The notes under the pieces: generated by a model
Told to the model about the DNA's origin: nothing
Database searches by the model: none
What the model saw: the letters and a program-made list of their open reading frames with translations, nothing else
NCBI GenBank assembly: GCA_902585665.1
Contig: CACIEO010000004.1
Coordinates: 22,828 to 86,827, forward strand
Reading direction: 5' to 3'
Origin: an uncultured Pelagibacteraceae bacterium
GTDB lineage: Bacteria > Pseudomonadota > Alphaproteobacteria > Pelagibacterales > Pelagibacteraceae
Length of the DNA stretch: 64,000 nucleotides
Made by a program: the position numbers and the translations under genes
Shown here: positions 41,753-50,526 of the stretch, in pieces
How positions within the stretch are numbered: position 1 is the stretch's first letter
Layout: the number at the start of each line of letters is the position of its first letter

Positions 41753-41795
41753 ACAAAGATATTAACAGATTTGAAAATTAATAATATTTTTTTTA

Positions 41796-41822
41796 TTGAT
41801 TTTCTTATTTAAATACCCATAT
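41796..41822 (+). promoter_or_regulatory. RpoH-like promoter of hspQ
   Basis: TTGATT-14bp-CCCATAT, 8 nt before the ATG. Confidence 0.55.
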
Positions 41823-41830
41823 TTATAATT

Positions 41831-42151
41831 ATGACAATCCAAAAAGCAAAATTTTCAATAGGTGATGTAGTCAAACATAAGCACTTTGACTTTCGAGGTG
41901 TAATATATGATGTTGATTTTAAATTTAACAATTCTGAGGAATGGTACCAATCTATTCCAAAAAACGTAAGGCCAAGAAAAGACCAACCTTTTTATCATCT
42001 CTTAGCCGAAAATGATGATCTTACTTATGAAGCTTACGTGTCTGAGCAAAATTTGTTATTTGATGACTCAGAGGAGCCAATAAAACACCCTCTAATAAAT
42101 GAGATTTTTTCTGGAAAAAGAGGATCTAGCTACTTTAAACAATCTAATTAA
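41831..42151 (+). CDS. hspQ: Heat shock protein HspQ (YccV-like)
   Basis: AKFSIG, FRGVIYDVD, DQPFYHLLAEN, AYVSEQNL. Confidence 0.95.
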   Translation: MTIQKAKFSIGDVVKHKHFDFRGVIYDVDFKFNNSEEWYQSIPKNVRPRKDQPFYHLLAENDDLTYEAYVSEQNLLFDDSEEPIKHPLINEIFSGKRGSSYFKQSN

Positions 42152-42155
42152 CATC

Positions 42156-42301
42156 TTTTTTCAAACACATTTGGTTCAAATGTTTGTCACACATAGTGTG
42201 TAGATTTTTACCATATTCTGATCAAGAGTGTAAACGTTTCCCTTAAGATTATCTCCCTCGCATTCTTGATCAGAAAAGACCCTTTATCTCACTTTGAAAA
42301 A
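42156..42301 (+). ncRNA. Candidate structured RNA between hspQ and ccmC
   Basis: 16-bp stem 42216-42231/42260-42275 with two G-U pairs favouring + strand, two smaller hairpins, possible end-to-end pairing; no ORF. Confidence 0.45.
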
Positions 42302-42327
42302 TTAAATTTTCAAATATAAATACTTCA

Positions 42328-43029
42328 ATGAAATTTATTAAAAACTATCAATTTAGCTTAGTACAAAAATCTCAAAAAATTGTTTTGTACTTGTTTTTAA
42401 TTATCTTAACTCTTGGTTTATTTGAGGCCTTGATATTATCTCCGCAAGATTACTTACAAGGTGACTCTGTACGAATAATGTATGTTCATGTTCCTTCGGC
42501 ATGGATTTCACTTGGTATATTTTCCTTAATGGCGTCTCTCTCAGTTATGGTAATCATTTTTAAAAACAAAGTATTTTTTTTAGTTGCAAAAAGTTTAGCA
42601 CCATCTGGATTTATATTTAGCCTTGTTGCTTTGGTAACGGGTTCGATATGGGGTAAACCGACATGGGGAACTTGGTGGGCTTGGGACGCTAGAATCACTT
42701 CAATGTTAATACTATGTATTTTCTATTTAATGTACTTAATTGCATGGAGAATTTTTGAAAATAAAGATTATGTAACCAAAATAACTTCATTTATAGCAAT
42801 TCTTGGATTTATAAATATTCCAATTATAAAATTTTCTGTTGATTGGTGGTCAACTTTACATCAACCGTCATCTGTAAACATATTCTCTGAAACCACTATA
42901 CATTCCTCAATGCTAATACCTCTGGGCATCATGACTGCGGCATTTGCCCTATTTTCATTGCTTATTTTTTTAATGAAATATAATACAGAATTGATAAAAA
43001 TTAAAAATAAAGGCTTAGATAGATTATGA
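42328..43029 (+). CDS. ccmC: Heme exporter CcmC
   Basis: YVHVP, WGKPTWGTWWAWDAR, TLHQ. Confidence 0.97.
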   Translation: MKFIKNYQFSLVQKSQKIVLYLFLIILTLGLFEALILSPQDYLQGDSVRIMYVHVPSAWISLGIFSLMASLSVMVIIFKNKVFFLVAKSLAPSGFIFSLVALVTGSIWGKPTWGTWWAWDARITSMLILCIFYLMYLIAWRIFENKDYVTKITSFIAILGFINIPIIKFSVDWWSTLHQPSSVNIFSETTIHSSMLIPLGIMTAAFALFSLLIFLMKYNTELIKIKNKGLDRL

Positions 43030-43259
43030 TTTCAGAATTTTTTTATATGAACGGTTATGGCTATTATGTTCTCTCGTCATTCTTATTCACACTTGTTTGT
43101 TTTCTTGGACTTTACATAATAACAAAATCACAACTTGCAAAAGAACAAAATAAATTTAATGTTAAATTTGGTGAATTAAACTCTGAACAAGTAAAAGAGG
43201 CTAAAAAACAAAAAATCTACAAAGAAATAATAGCGGCAGAGATATATTCTAAAATTTAA
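43026..43259 (+). CDS. ccmD: Heme exporter CcmD
   Basis: MNGYGYYV, single TM, located between ccmC and ccmE. Confidence 0.8.
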   Translation: MISEFFYMNGYGYYVLSSFLFTLVCFLGLYIITKSQLAKEQNKFNVKFGELNSEQVKEAKKQKIYKEIIAAEIYSKI

Positions 43260-43262
43260 CTT

Positions 43263-43688
43263 TTGAATATGTATAATAAAAAAGTTAAGTTAAGAGCTTT
43301 ATTTCTATTTCTTTCCATAGCGTCAATAATATTAGTCATTTTTTTAGTACTCAAAGCTTTAGAGGACAATGTAGTTTATTTTCTTTCTCCTACAGAAATT
43401 AAAAATTTAAATGAAACAACTACAGAAAAAATTAGAGTAGGTGGAATGGTCAAAGACAATTCTGTGCAAATTAATTCTGAAAAAATAAATTTTATCATTA
43501 CTGATTTTAAAAATGAAATTAATGTTATTTACTCAGGAATAGTTCCAAATCTTTTTCAAGAGGGCAAAGGTGTTGTAGCTGAGGGTATTCTTAGAGATAA
43601 AAATTTCTTTAAAGCAGAAAAGATACTGGCTAAACATGATGAGAATTACATACCCCCAGAGGTAAAAGCCAGCATGGGAGATAAGTAA
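43263..43688 (+). CDS. ccmE: Heme chaperone CcmE
   Basis: [21 protein letters not shown]. Confidence 0.97.
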   Translation: MNMYNKKVKLRALFLFLSIASIILVIFLVLKALEDNVVYFLSPTEIKNLNETTTEKIRVGGMVKDNSVQINSEKINFIITDFKNEINVIYSGIVPNLFQEGKGVVAEGILRDKNFFKAEKILAKHDENYIPPEVKASMGDK

Positions 43689-43689
43689 A

Positions 43690-45582
43690 TTGATTTTAAA
43701 TTACATAGGAAACTTTGCTCTTTTGTTTTGTTTAATAATTTCATTAGTAATATTTATTACTTCCATATCAAGTTTAAATAATAAATATTTTCTTTTAAAA
43801 AAAAATTTAAATGAATTACTATTTTTTAAATTTTTCTTCGCTTTGTTAAGTTTTTTCAGCCTTATAGTTTTATTTATTAACTCTGAGTTTAGTAATGAAA
43901 CAGTTTTAAATAACTCACATATTTCAAAACCTTTGTTTTATAAAATATCAGGCACTTGGGGTAATCATGAGGGTAGTTTACTTCTATGGCTTTTAATATT
44001 GACTTTTTTTGCTTTTTTTTATTTTCTAAAATCTAAAAATAGACCCACAGATGAAAGATTATTAACAATAATGTTTCAAGAGGTAATAATTTTAGGATTT
44101 CTATTTTTCTTATTAAAAGCTTCTAACCCTTTCAATATTATTTATCCTGTACCAAAAGAAGGATTAGGGCTGAATCCAATTTTGCAAGATCCATTGCTGG
44201 CTATTCACCCTCCTGTTCTTTATTTAGGATACGTCACTACGTCAATTGTATTTTCTTCTTCATTAGCTGGATTAATAAAAGGAAACATAAATAATTTGTG
44301 GGCGAAAGATATTAGAAAGTGGGTTTTTATATCCTGGACATTTCTAACCTTAGGAATTCTTCTTGGATCTATTTGGGCTTACTATGAATTAGGCTGGGGA
44401 GGTTTTTGGTTTTGGGATCCAGTTGAAAACATCTCTTTAATGCCTTGGCTAAGTCTTACCGCACTTGTTCATTGTGTATTAGTATTAGAAAAAAGATCAA
44501 TTTTACATTCATGGACCGTAATACTATCAATAATAACTTTTACATTAGGTATTTGTGGAACCTTTTTAGTTCGATCTGGAATATTAAATTCAGTCCACAC
44601 ATTTGCAAATGATCCGGAAAGAGGATTATATATATTATTCTTTTTATTTTTTCTAATTTTTTTGTCAGTTTTAATTTACTTTATATATGAGGATAAATTC
44701 GAGCTAAATAATAAAAATTTAAATGTTTACACAAAAGAAACTTCAATAATTTTAAACAACTGGTTTGTAATGTATTTTTTATCTGTTATTTTGATCGGCA
44801 CAGTTTATCCAATATTTTTAGAAGTTATATCAAATGAAAAGATTTCAGTAGGTCCACCATTTTTTAACAAATTGATTATCCCATTTTTGATTCCATTCTT
44901 AATATTTATGTCAGTCGGTCCAAATCTAAAATGGATAAAAAATGACAATTTTTCAAACAAAATAAAATTAATAATTATATTTATTTTGAGTATTGTTTCG
45001 TCAATATTAGTCTCGAAATTTTTTGGAAATACCACATTAAATATAACAATTTTATTAGCTGCTTGCTTTTATCTTTTCTTTACTACCATCAAAGACTTTA
45101 TGAAGAAGAATTTTAAAAATTATGCACAAACAATTTCTCATTTTGGTTTCAGTCTCTTAGTTTTAAGTATACTGATGAACAGTATTTTCTCAAAGGAGAT
45201 TACTTCAAATATGCGTGTTGGGGATGAAATCAAGTTCACAGACAAAATTATAAAATTACAAAAACTTGAAAACACTACTGAGTCAAATTTTTTAAAGTTG
45301 ATTGCCTATTTTAAGATCGTGGAAAAAAATAAAATAGATCTAGTTTTAGAACCAGAAATTCGGATTTACGATAAACCAGAAACTATAACAAGTGAGGCAG
45401 CTATTAAGACAGATATTTTTAAAGATAGATTTATAGTTGTTAATCTAGTCAAAGAAAATGAGTATTTAAATGTAAGATATCAAGAAAAACCATTTATGCT
45501 TTGGATTTGGATTTCTGCGATTTTGATTTCTTTGGGCGGTGTTATTAATATTTTTAAAAACAATGAAAAACAAATATTATAA
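43690..45582 (+). CDS. ccmF: Cytochrome c biogenesis heme lyase CcmF
   Basis: WGNHEGS, HPP, WAYYELGWGGFWFWDPVEN, SVHTF. Confidence 0.97.
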   Translation: MILNYIGNFALLFCLIISLVIFITSISSLNNKYFLLKKNLNELLFFKFFFALLSFFSLIVLFINSEFSNETVLNNSHISKPLFYKISGTWGNHEGSLLLWLLILTFFAFFYFLKSKNRPTDERLLTIMFQEVIILGFLFFLLKASNPFNIIYPVPKEGLGLNPILQDPLLAIHPPVLYLGYVTTSIVFSSSLAGLIKGNINNLWAKDIRKWVFISWTFLTLGILLGSIWAYYELGWGGFWFWDPVENISLMPWLSLTALVHCVLVLEKRSILHSWTVILSIITFTLGICGTFLVRSGILNSVHTFANDPERGLYILFFLFFLIFLSVLIYFIYEDKFELNNKNLNVYTKETSIILNNWFVMYFLSVILIGTVYPIFLEVISNEKISVGPPFFNKLIIPFLIPFLIFMSVGPNLKWIKNDNFSNKIKLIIIFILSIVSSILVSKFFGNTTLNITILLAACFYLFFTTIKDFMKKNFKNYAQTISHFGFSLLVLSILMNSIFSKEITSNMRVGDEIKFTDKIIKLQKLENTTESNFLKLIAYFKIVEKNKIDLVLEPEIRIYDKPETITSEAAIKTDIFKDRFIVVNLVKENEYLNVRYQEKPFMLWIWISAILISLGGVINIFKNNEKQIL

Positions 45583-46093
45583 ATTTTCTATCGTAGTTTT
45601 TTTTATATTTACATTTTTAATTTTTTATTACGGATTAAAACAAAAAAATTTTTACACACCAGAGAATATAAGTATTAAAACATTACCAAATTTATTTTTA
45701 AAAGATTTTTATACTAACAACGAAACCTCTTTTAACGATATCTTAATAGATAGTAATTATTATCTTATAAATATTTGGGCCTCATGGTGTTTACCATGTA
45801 GAGAGGAACATCCGTATTTACTAAAACTAAAAAAAAATTCATCTATTAAAATAATTGGCATTAACTACAAAGATAAAAAAGATAATGCATTAAAATTTCT
45901 TGATAAATTTGAAAATCCATATTTTACTATATTAAATGATAGAAATGGAACAGCTTCAATCGAAATTGGAGCATATGGAGTCCCCGAGAGTTTAATTTTA
46001 AATAAAGAAAAAAAAATTATAAAAAAAATTATTGGTCCAATTGATAATAAAAAATTTAACGAAATAAAAAAATTATTAAAAAATGAAAATTAA
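45563..46093 (+). CDS. ccmG: Thiol:disulfide oxidoreductase CcmG/DsbE
   Basis: WASWCLPCREEH, YGVPE; start set at MKNK. Confidence 0.95.
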   Translation: MKNKYYKFSIVVFFIFTFLIFYYGLKQKNFYTPENISIKTLPNLFLKDFYTNNETSFNDILIDSNYYLINIWASWCLPCREEHPYLLKLKKNSSIKIIGINYKDKKDNALKFLDKFENPYFTILNDRNGTASIEIGAYGVPESLILNKEKKIIKKIIGPIDNKKFNEIKKLLKNEN

Positions 46094-46454
46094 ATTAATA
46101 TTATCTATAATTTTTTTATTTTTTACTTTTTTCAATTCCTCAATTTCTGATGAATTAGAATTAGAAAATAAAATTAATAAAAATTTAAGATGTTTAATTT
46201 GTCAAGGACAATCTATTTATGACTCACAATCTGACTTTGCTGAAAGCATGAAGCTAGTCGTAAAACAAAAAATAGATGCTGGAATGAGTGAGGAGGAAAT
46301 TTACTCATTTTTTAAAATGCAATATGGCGAGTGGATTTTGTACGATCCTCAATTTAACACTAAAAATTTTGCCCTTTGGTTGCTTCCAATTGTTATATTT
46401 TTGGTCGGAGGAATAATAATAATAGCCAAATTTGGAGTTTTAAAGAAAAGATAA
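46083..46454 (+). CDS. ccmH: Cytochrome c biogenesis CcmH
   Basis: LRCLICQ, YGEWILYDP. Confidence 0.95.
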   Translation: MKIKLILSIIFLFFTFFNSSISDELELENKINKNLRCLICQGQSIYDSQSDFAESMKLVVKQKIDAGMSEEEIYSFFKMQYGEWILYDPQFNTKNFALWLLPIVIFLVGGIIIIAKFGVLKKR

Positions 46455-46479
46455 TAAGCTATATTATAATTATAAAATT

Positions 46480-47001
46480 ATGAAAAATATATTTCAATTT
46501 TTTTTTTACACTGTTTTGGTTATTTCTTTTAATGCAACATTTCTTAAAAGTGATGAGGTAAAAGATTTAATTGATCCTCATGAGTATAATTTTTATACAG
46601 GTATATTTGACTTCAGCGATGAGGGAAAAAAATCTACTCTTGTAGGAATTCAACATCAAAATGAAGATTTATATAAAGATACTTTTTTAGGAACTATATC
46701 ACCTGTAACAGGTTTTTTAGTAACAGGAGACACTGCCACATATTTATATACTGGTGTTCAGGCAGAGTACAACTTAGGTAAAATAAATCTCACACCAAGT
46801 TTTACACCTGGATTATATGGTCAAGGTGATGGTAAAGATTTAGGTCATATTGTTGAGTTTAAAAGTGAATTACAATTTTCGTTAGATTTGTTTAAGAATT
46901 CCGAATTAGGTTTTTCATACAATCATATTTCTAATGCTAGTCTTGGAGAAAAGAATCCTGGGGCAAATAGTTATATGTTTAATTTCATGAAAAAATTTTA
47001 A
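46480..47001 (+). CDS. PagL-like acyloxyacyl hydrolase (outer-membrane beta barrel)
   Basis: Signal peptide, HISNA..NPG catalytic motif, terminal Phe. Confidence 0.85.
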   Translation: MKNIFQFFFYTVLVISFNATFLKSDEVKDLIDPHEYNFYTGIFDFSDEGKKSTLVGIQHQNEDLYKDTFLGTISPVTGFLVTGDTATYLYTGVQAEYNLGKINLTPSFTPGLYGQGDGKDLGHIVEFKSELQFSLDLFKNSELGFSYNHISNASLGEKNPGANSYMFNFMKKF

Positions 47002-47010
47002 ATTTTACCC

Positions 47011-48162
47011 ATGAGATTAAAAGATTGTCATAACTTTCAAGATTTTAGAAAATTAGCTGAAAAAAAACTCCCAAGTCCTATATTTCACTACATCGATGGT
47101 GCTGCTGATGATGAAATTACTTATAGTCGAAACACTTCAGCTTTTAATGATGTAGACCTTGTACCAAATGTTTTACGTGGGGTAGAAAATGTCGATTTAT
47201 CAACCACAATTTTCGGAAAAAAAATTGATCTACCATTCTATTGTTCCCCTACAGCTTTGCAGAGACTGTTTCACTATGATGGTGAAAGAGCAGTTGGTAA
47301 AGCGGCAAAAAAATTTAATACTATGTTTGGAGTTTCAGCTCTCGCAACAGTTAGTGTAGAGGAAATTTCCTCTATGATTGATACACCTAAAATGTTTCAA
47401 TTTTATTTTCACAAAGACAGAGGTTTAAACGACTCTTGCCTAGAACGTGCTAAAGCAGCAAAGTTTGATGTTATGGCTTTAACAGTAGACACAATTACTG
47501 GAGGAAATAGAGAGAGAGATCTTAGAACAGGTTTTACTTCTCCACCAAAATTAACATTAGCAAGTTTATTTAGTTTTGCTACAAAACCAATGTGGGGAAT
47601 AAACTATCTTACAAAAGGCAAATTTGAGTTACCTCATTTACAAGATTACGTAAAAGAAGGTACAAGCACAAACACTTCTATTGGTAATTATTTTTCTACA
47701 ATGTTAGATCAGTCAATGAATTGGAAAGATGCAGAAAAATTATGTGCTCAATGGGATGGCCATTTTGCTCTTAAAGGAGTAATGAGTGTCGAAGACGCAA
47801 AAAAAGCAGTTGATATTGGTTGTACTGGTATAATGGTTTCAAATCATGGAGGAAGACAACTTGATGGCTCTAGATCCCCTTTCGATCAGTTGGCTGAAAT
47901 TGTAGATGCTGTTGGTGATAAAATTGATGTTATTTGCGAAGGTGGATTTCAAAGAGGTACACACATGTTGAAAGCTTTGTCACTTGGTGCAAAAGCATGT
48001 GCAGGTGGAAGATTATATTTGTATGCATTAGCAGCAGCTGGACAAGCAGGTGTCGAAAGAGCTTTAGGTCAATACAAAGCTGAATTAGAAAGAGATATGA
48101 AACTTATGGGATGCACTAAAATAAGTGATCTCAGTAGAAAAAATTTAAGATTTAGAATTTAA
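47011..48162 (+). CDS. FMN-dependent alpha-hydroxy acid dehydrogenase (LldD/glycolate oxidase family), paralog 1
   Basis: YIDG, LTVD, LKG, SNHGGRQLD. Confidence 0.93.
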   Translation: MRLKDCHNFQDFRKLAEKKLPSPIFHYIDGAADDEITYSRNTSAFNDVDLVPNVLRGVENVDLSTTIFGKKIDLPFYCSPTALQRLFHYDGERAVGKAAKKFNTMFGVSALATVSVEEISSMIDTPKMFQFYFHKDRGLNDSCLERAKAAKFDVMALTVDTITGGNRERDLRTGFTSPPKLTLASLFSFATKPMWGINYLTKGKFELPHLQDYVKEGTSTNTSIGNYFSTMLDQSMNWKDAEKLCAQWDGHFALKGVMSVEDAKKAVDIGCTGIMVSNHGGRQLDGSRSPFDQLAEIVDAVGDKIDVICEGGFQRGTHMLKALSLGAKACAGGRLYLYALAAAGQAGVERALGQYKAELERDMKLMGCTKISDLSRKNLRFRI

Positions 48163-49313
48163 TGAAAATTTCTGATTGCAGAAATTTCAACGATTTTAGA
48201 ATACTTGCAAAAAAAAAACTTCCTGCACCTATTTTTCATTATATAGATGGTGGTGCTGACGATGAAGTTACATTAAGAAGAAATACTAGTGCCTTTGATG
48301 ATTGTGATTTAATCCCAAATATTCTAACGAGCGTTGGTAAACCAGATTTATCAACAACAATTTTTGGCAGGAAAATAGACATGCCTATTTTTCTTTCTCC
48401 AACTGCAATGCAAAGATTATACCACCCGGATGGGGATAAGGCCTCAGCAAGAGCAGCAGAGAAATTTGGTACTTTCTACAGCATGTCGACAATGGCAAAT
48501 AATTCTATTGAGGAAATATCAAATATCTCAAGTGGTCCAAAATTATTCCAGCTTTATGTTCACAAAGATAAATCAATCACTGACGACTTATTGGATAGAT
48601 GTAAAAGGTCAGGTTTTGATGGTATGTGCCTTACTGTAGATACTTTGGTTGCAGGAAACAGAGAGAAGGATCATAAAACTGGATTTACAACTCCTCCTAA
48701 ACTTACTTTAAACAGTTTGCTAAGTTTTGCATTAAGACCGTCATGGGTATTGAAATATTTAACAAATAAAAAATTTGAATTATCTAATGTTAAAAAAAAA
48801 ACCGATAAAGGAACTAATATCGCAAAATCAGTAATAGATTATATCAATGAACAATATGACCCCAAGATGAACTGGGAAGATGCAGAGTATTGTGTAAAAA
48901 GATGGAATGGACCATTCGCATTAAAAGGAGTTATGTCCGTAGAGGATGCAAAGCGTGCAATTGATATAGGATGTACAGCTATAATGGTATCCAACCATGG
49001 AGGAAGACAATTGGATGGTTCTCGATCTCCTTTTGATCAAATAAAATCTATCTCAGATGCAGTCGGTGATAAATTAGAAATAATACTTGATGGAGGTGTC
49101 AGGAGAGGAACGCATGTTCTTAAAGCCTTAGCAGCTGGTGCAAAAGCATGTAGTTTTGGCAAAATGTTTCTGTTTTCTTTGAGCGCAGGTGGTCAACAAG
49201 GCGTTGAACATTTATTAAAAATGATGCATGATGAAATAAATAGAAATATGATTTTGATGGGATGTAAAAACTTATCAGAGTTAAATAGTTCAAAAATAAT
49301 TTATAGAAAGTAG
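48162..49313 (+). CDS. FMN-dependent alpha-hydroxy acid dehydrogenase, paralog 2
   Basis: YIDGG, FQLY, SNHGGRQLD, DGGVRRG. Confidence 0.93.
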   Translation: MKISDCRNFNDFRILAKKKLPAPIFHYIDGGADDEVTLRRNTSAFDDCDLIPNILTSVGKPDLSTTIFGRKIDMPIFLSPTAMQRLYHPDGDKASARAAEKFGTFYSMSTMANNSIEEISNISSGPKLFQLYVHKDKSITDDLLDRCKRSGFDGMCLTVDTLVAGNREKDHKTGFTTPPKLTLNSLLSFALRPSWVLKYLTNKKFELSNVKKKTDKGTNIAKSVIDYINEQYDPKMNWEDAEYCVKRWNGPFALKGVMSVEDAKRAIDIGCTAIMVSNHGGRQLDGSRSPFDQIKSISDAVGDKLEIILDGGVRRGTHVLKALAAGAKACSFGKMFLFSLSAGGQQGVEHLLKMMHDEINRNMILMGCKNLSELNSSKIIYRK

Positions 49314-49327
49314 ATTGGAGATTTAGA

Positions 49328-50491
49328 ATGAAGTTAGCAAAAAGTTTAGACAGATTAGGAACAGAAACTGCTTTCAGTGTCCTAGCTGAGGCGAAGAAAT
49401 TAGAAGCACAAGGCAAACCCATGATTCACTTAGGATTGGGTCAGCCAGATTTTAAAACTCCAAAGCATGTTGTAGATGCTGCTAAGAAAGCTTTGGACGA
49501 TGGTCATCATGGATATGTGATGTCAAATGGAATTCCTGAATGTAGACAAGCTGTAACTAGATGGATTAAAAAACGTTATAATGCAGATGTCAGTGCAGAA
49601 AGAATACTAATTATGCCGGGTGGAAAACCTACCATGACATATGCAATCCAATGTTTTGGTGAGCCAGGAGCAGAAATCATCAATCCAACTCCAGCTTTTC
49701 CAATATACGAGTCTATGATAAATTATACAGGAGCAACTTCAGTCAAATATGATTTAACTGAAGATAAAGATCTTAAGTTTAGTGCTGAGAAGATACTTTC
49801 TTTGATTACTGATAAAACGAGACTGTTGGTTTTAATAAATCCTAATAATCCAACAGGAAGTTTTGTTGAAAAACAAGAAATTGATAAATTAGCAGAGGGC
49901 TTAAAAAAACATCCACATGTAACAATCTTGAGTGATGAGATTTATAGTCGACAAATATTTGATGGAAAAGAAATGCCTTCTTTTTTCAACTATCCAGAAT
50001 TGAGAGATAGATTAATAGTTCTAGAGGGATGGAGTAAAGCTTACTCTATGACCGGTTGGAGATTGGGTTGGAGTTTTTGGCCAGAACATTTAGTTGAGCA
50101 TGTAAATAAATTATTAATCAACAGTGTTTCATGCGTAAATGCTGCTGCTCAGTTTGCTGGTATTGCTGCCCTTGATGGACCAGATGACTCCATTCATGAA
50201 ATGATGGAAAAATTTACTGCTAGGCGAAAACTTATTCATGAAGGATTAAATAGCTTGCCTGGTGTTGAGTGTAGTTTGCCTGGTGGAGCCTTTTATGCTT
50301 TTCCAAAAGTAAGTGGAACAGGCATGAGCGGAGCTGAATTCTGCAAAAAAGCTATGCATGAAGCAGGAGTCGCAATTGTACCTGGAACTGCGTTTGGAAA
50401 AAGCTGCAATGATTACGTAAGATTTAGTTTTGCAGCATCAAGAGATAATATTTCTCAAGCTCTTGAAAATGTTAAAAAAATGCTAGGATAA
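49328..50491 (+). CDS. PLP-dependent aminotransferase class I/II
   Basis: GQPDF, NPNNPTG, DEIY, SKAYSMTGWRLG. Confidence 0.95.
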   Translation: MKLAKSLDRLGTETAFSVLAEAKKLEAQGKPMIHLGLGQPDFKTPKHVVDAAKKALDDGHHGYVMSNGIPECRQAVTRWIKKRYNADVSAERILIMPGGKPTMTYAIQCFGEPGAEIINPTPAFPIYESMINYTGATSVKYDLTEDKDLKFSAEKILSLITDKTRLLVLINPNNPTGSFVEKQEIDKLAEGLKKHPHVTILSDEIYSRQIFDGKEMPSFFNYPELRDRLIVLEGWSKAYSMTGWRLGWSFWPEHLVEHVNKLLINSVSCVNAAAQFAGIAALDGPDDSIHEMMEKFTARRKLIHEGLNSLPGVECSLPGGAFYAFPKVSGTGMSGAEFCKKAMHEAGVAIVPGTAFGKSCNDYVRFSFAASRDNISQALENVKKMLG

Positions 50492-50511
50492 GCTTATTTT
50501 ATTAATCGGAT

Positions 50512-50520
50512 TGTTATACT
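50512..50520 (+). promoter_or_regulatory. Extended -10 promoter (leaderless) for the FAD-linked oxidase
   Basis: TGTTATACT followed by 6 nt and the ATG at 50527. Confidence 0.55.
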
Positions 50521-50526
50521 AATTCA

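Noticed and set aside
42156-42301. SRP RNA, tmRNA, 6S RNA or a small CDS in the hspQ-ccmC gap
   Set aside because: No SRP GGAA/GCAGC domain, no tRNA-like ends, wrong context for 6S; the ATG-initiated ORFs I found on the minus strand are 16 codons or fewer.
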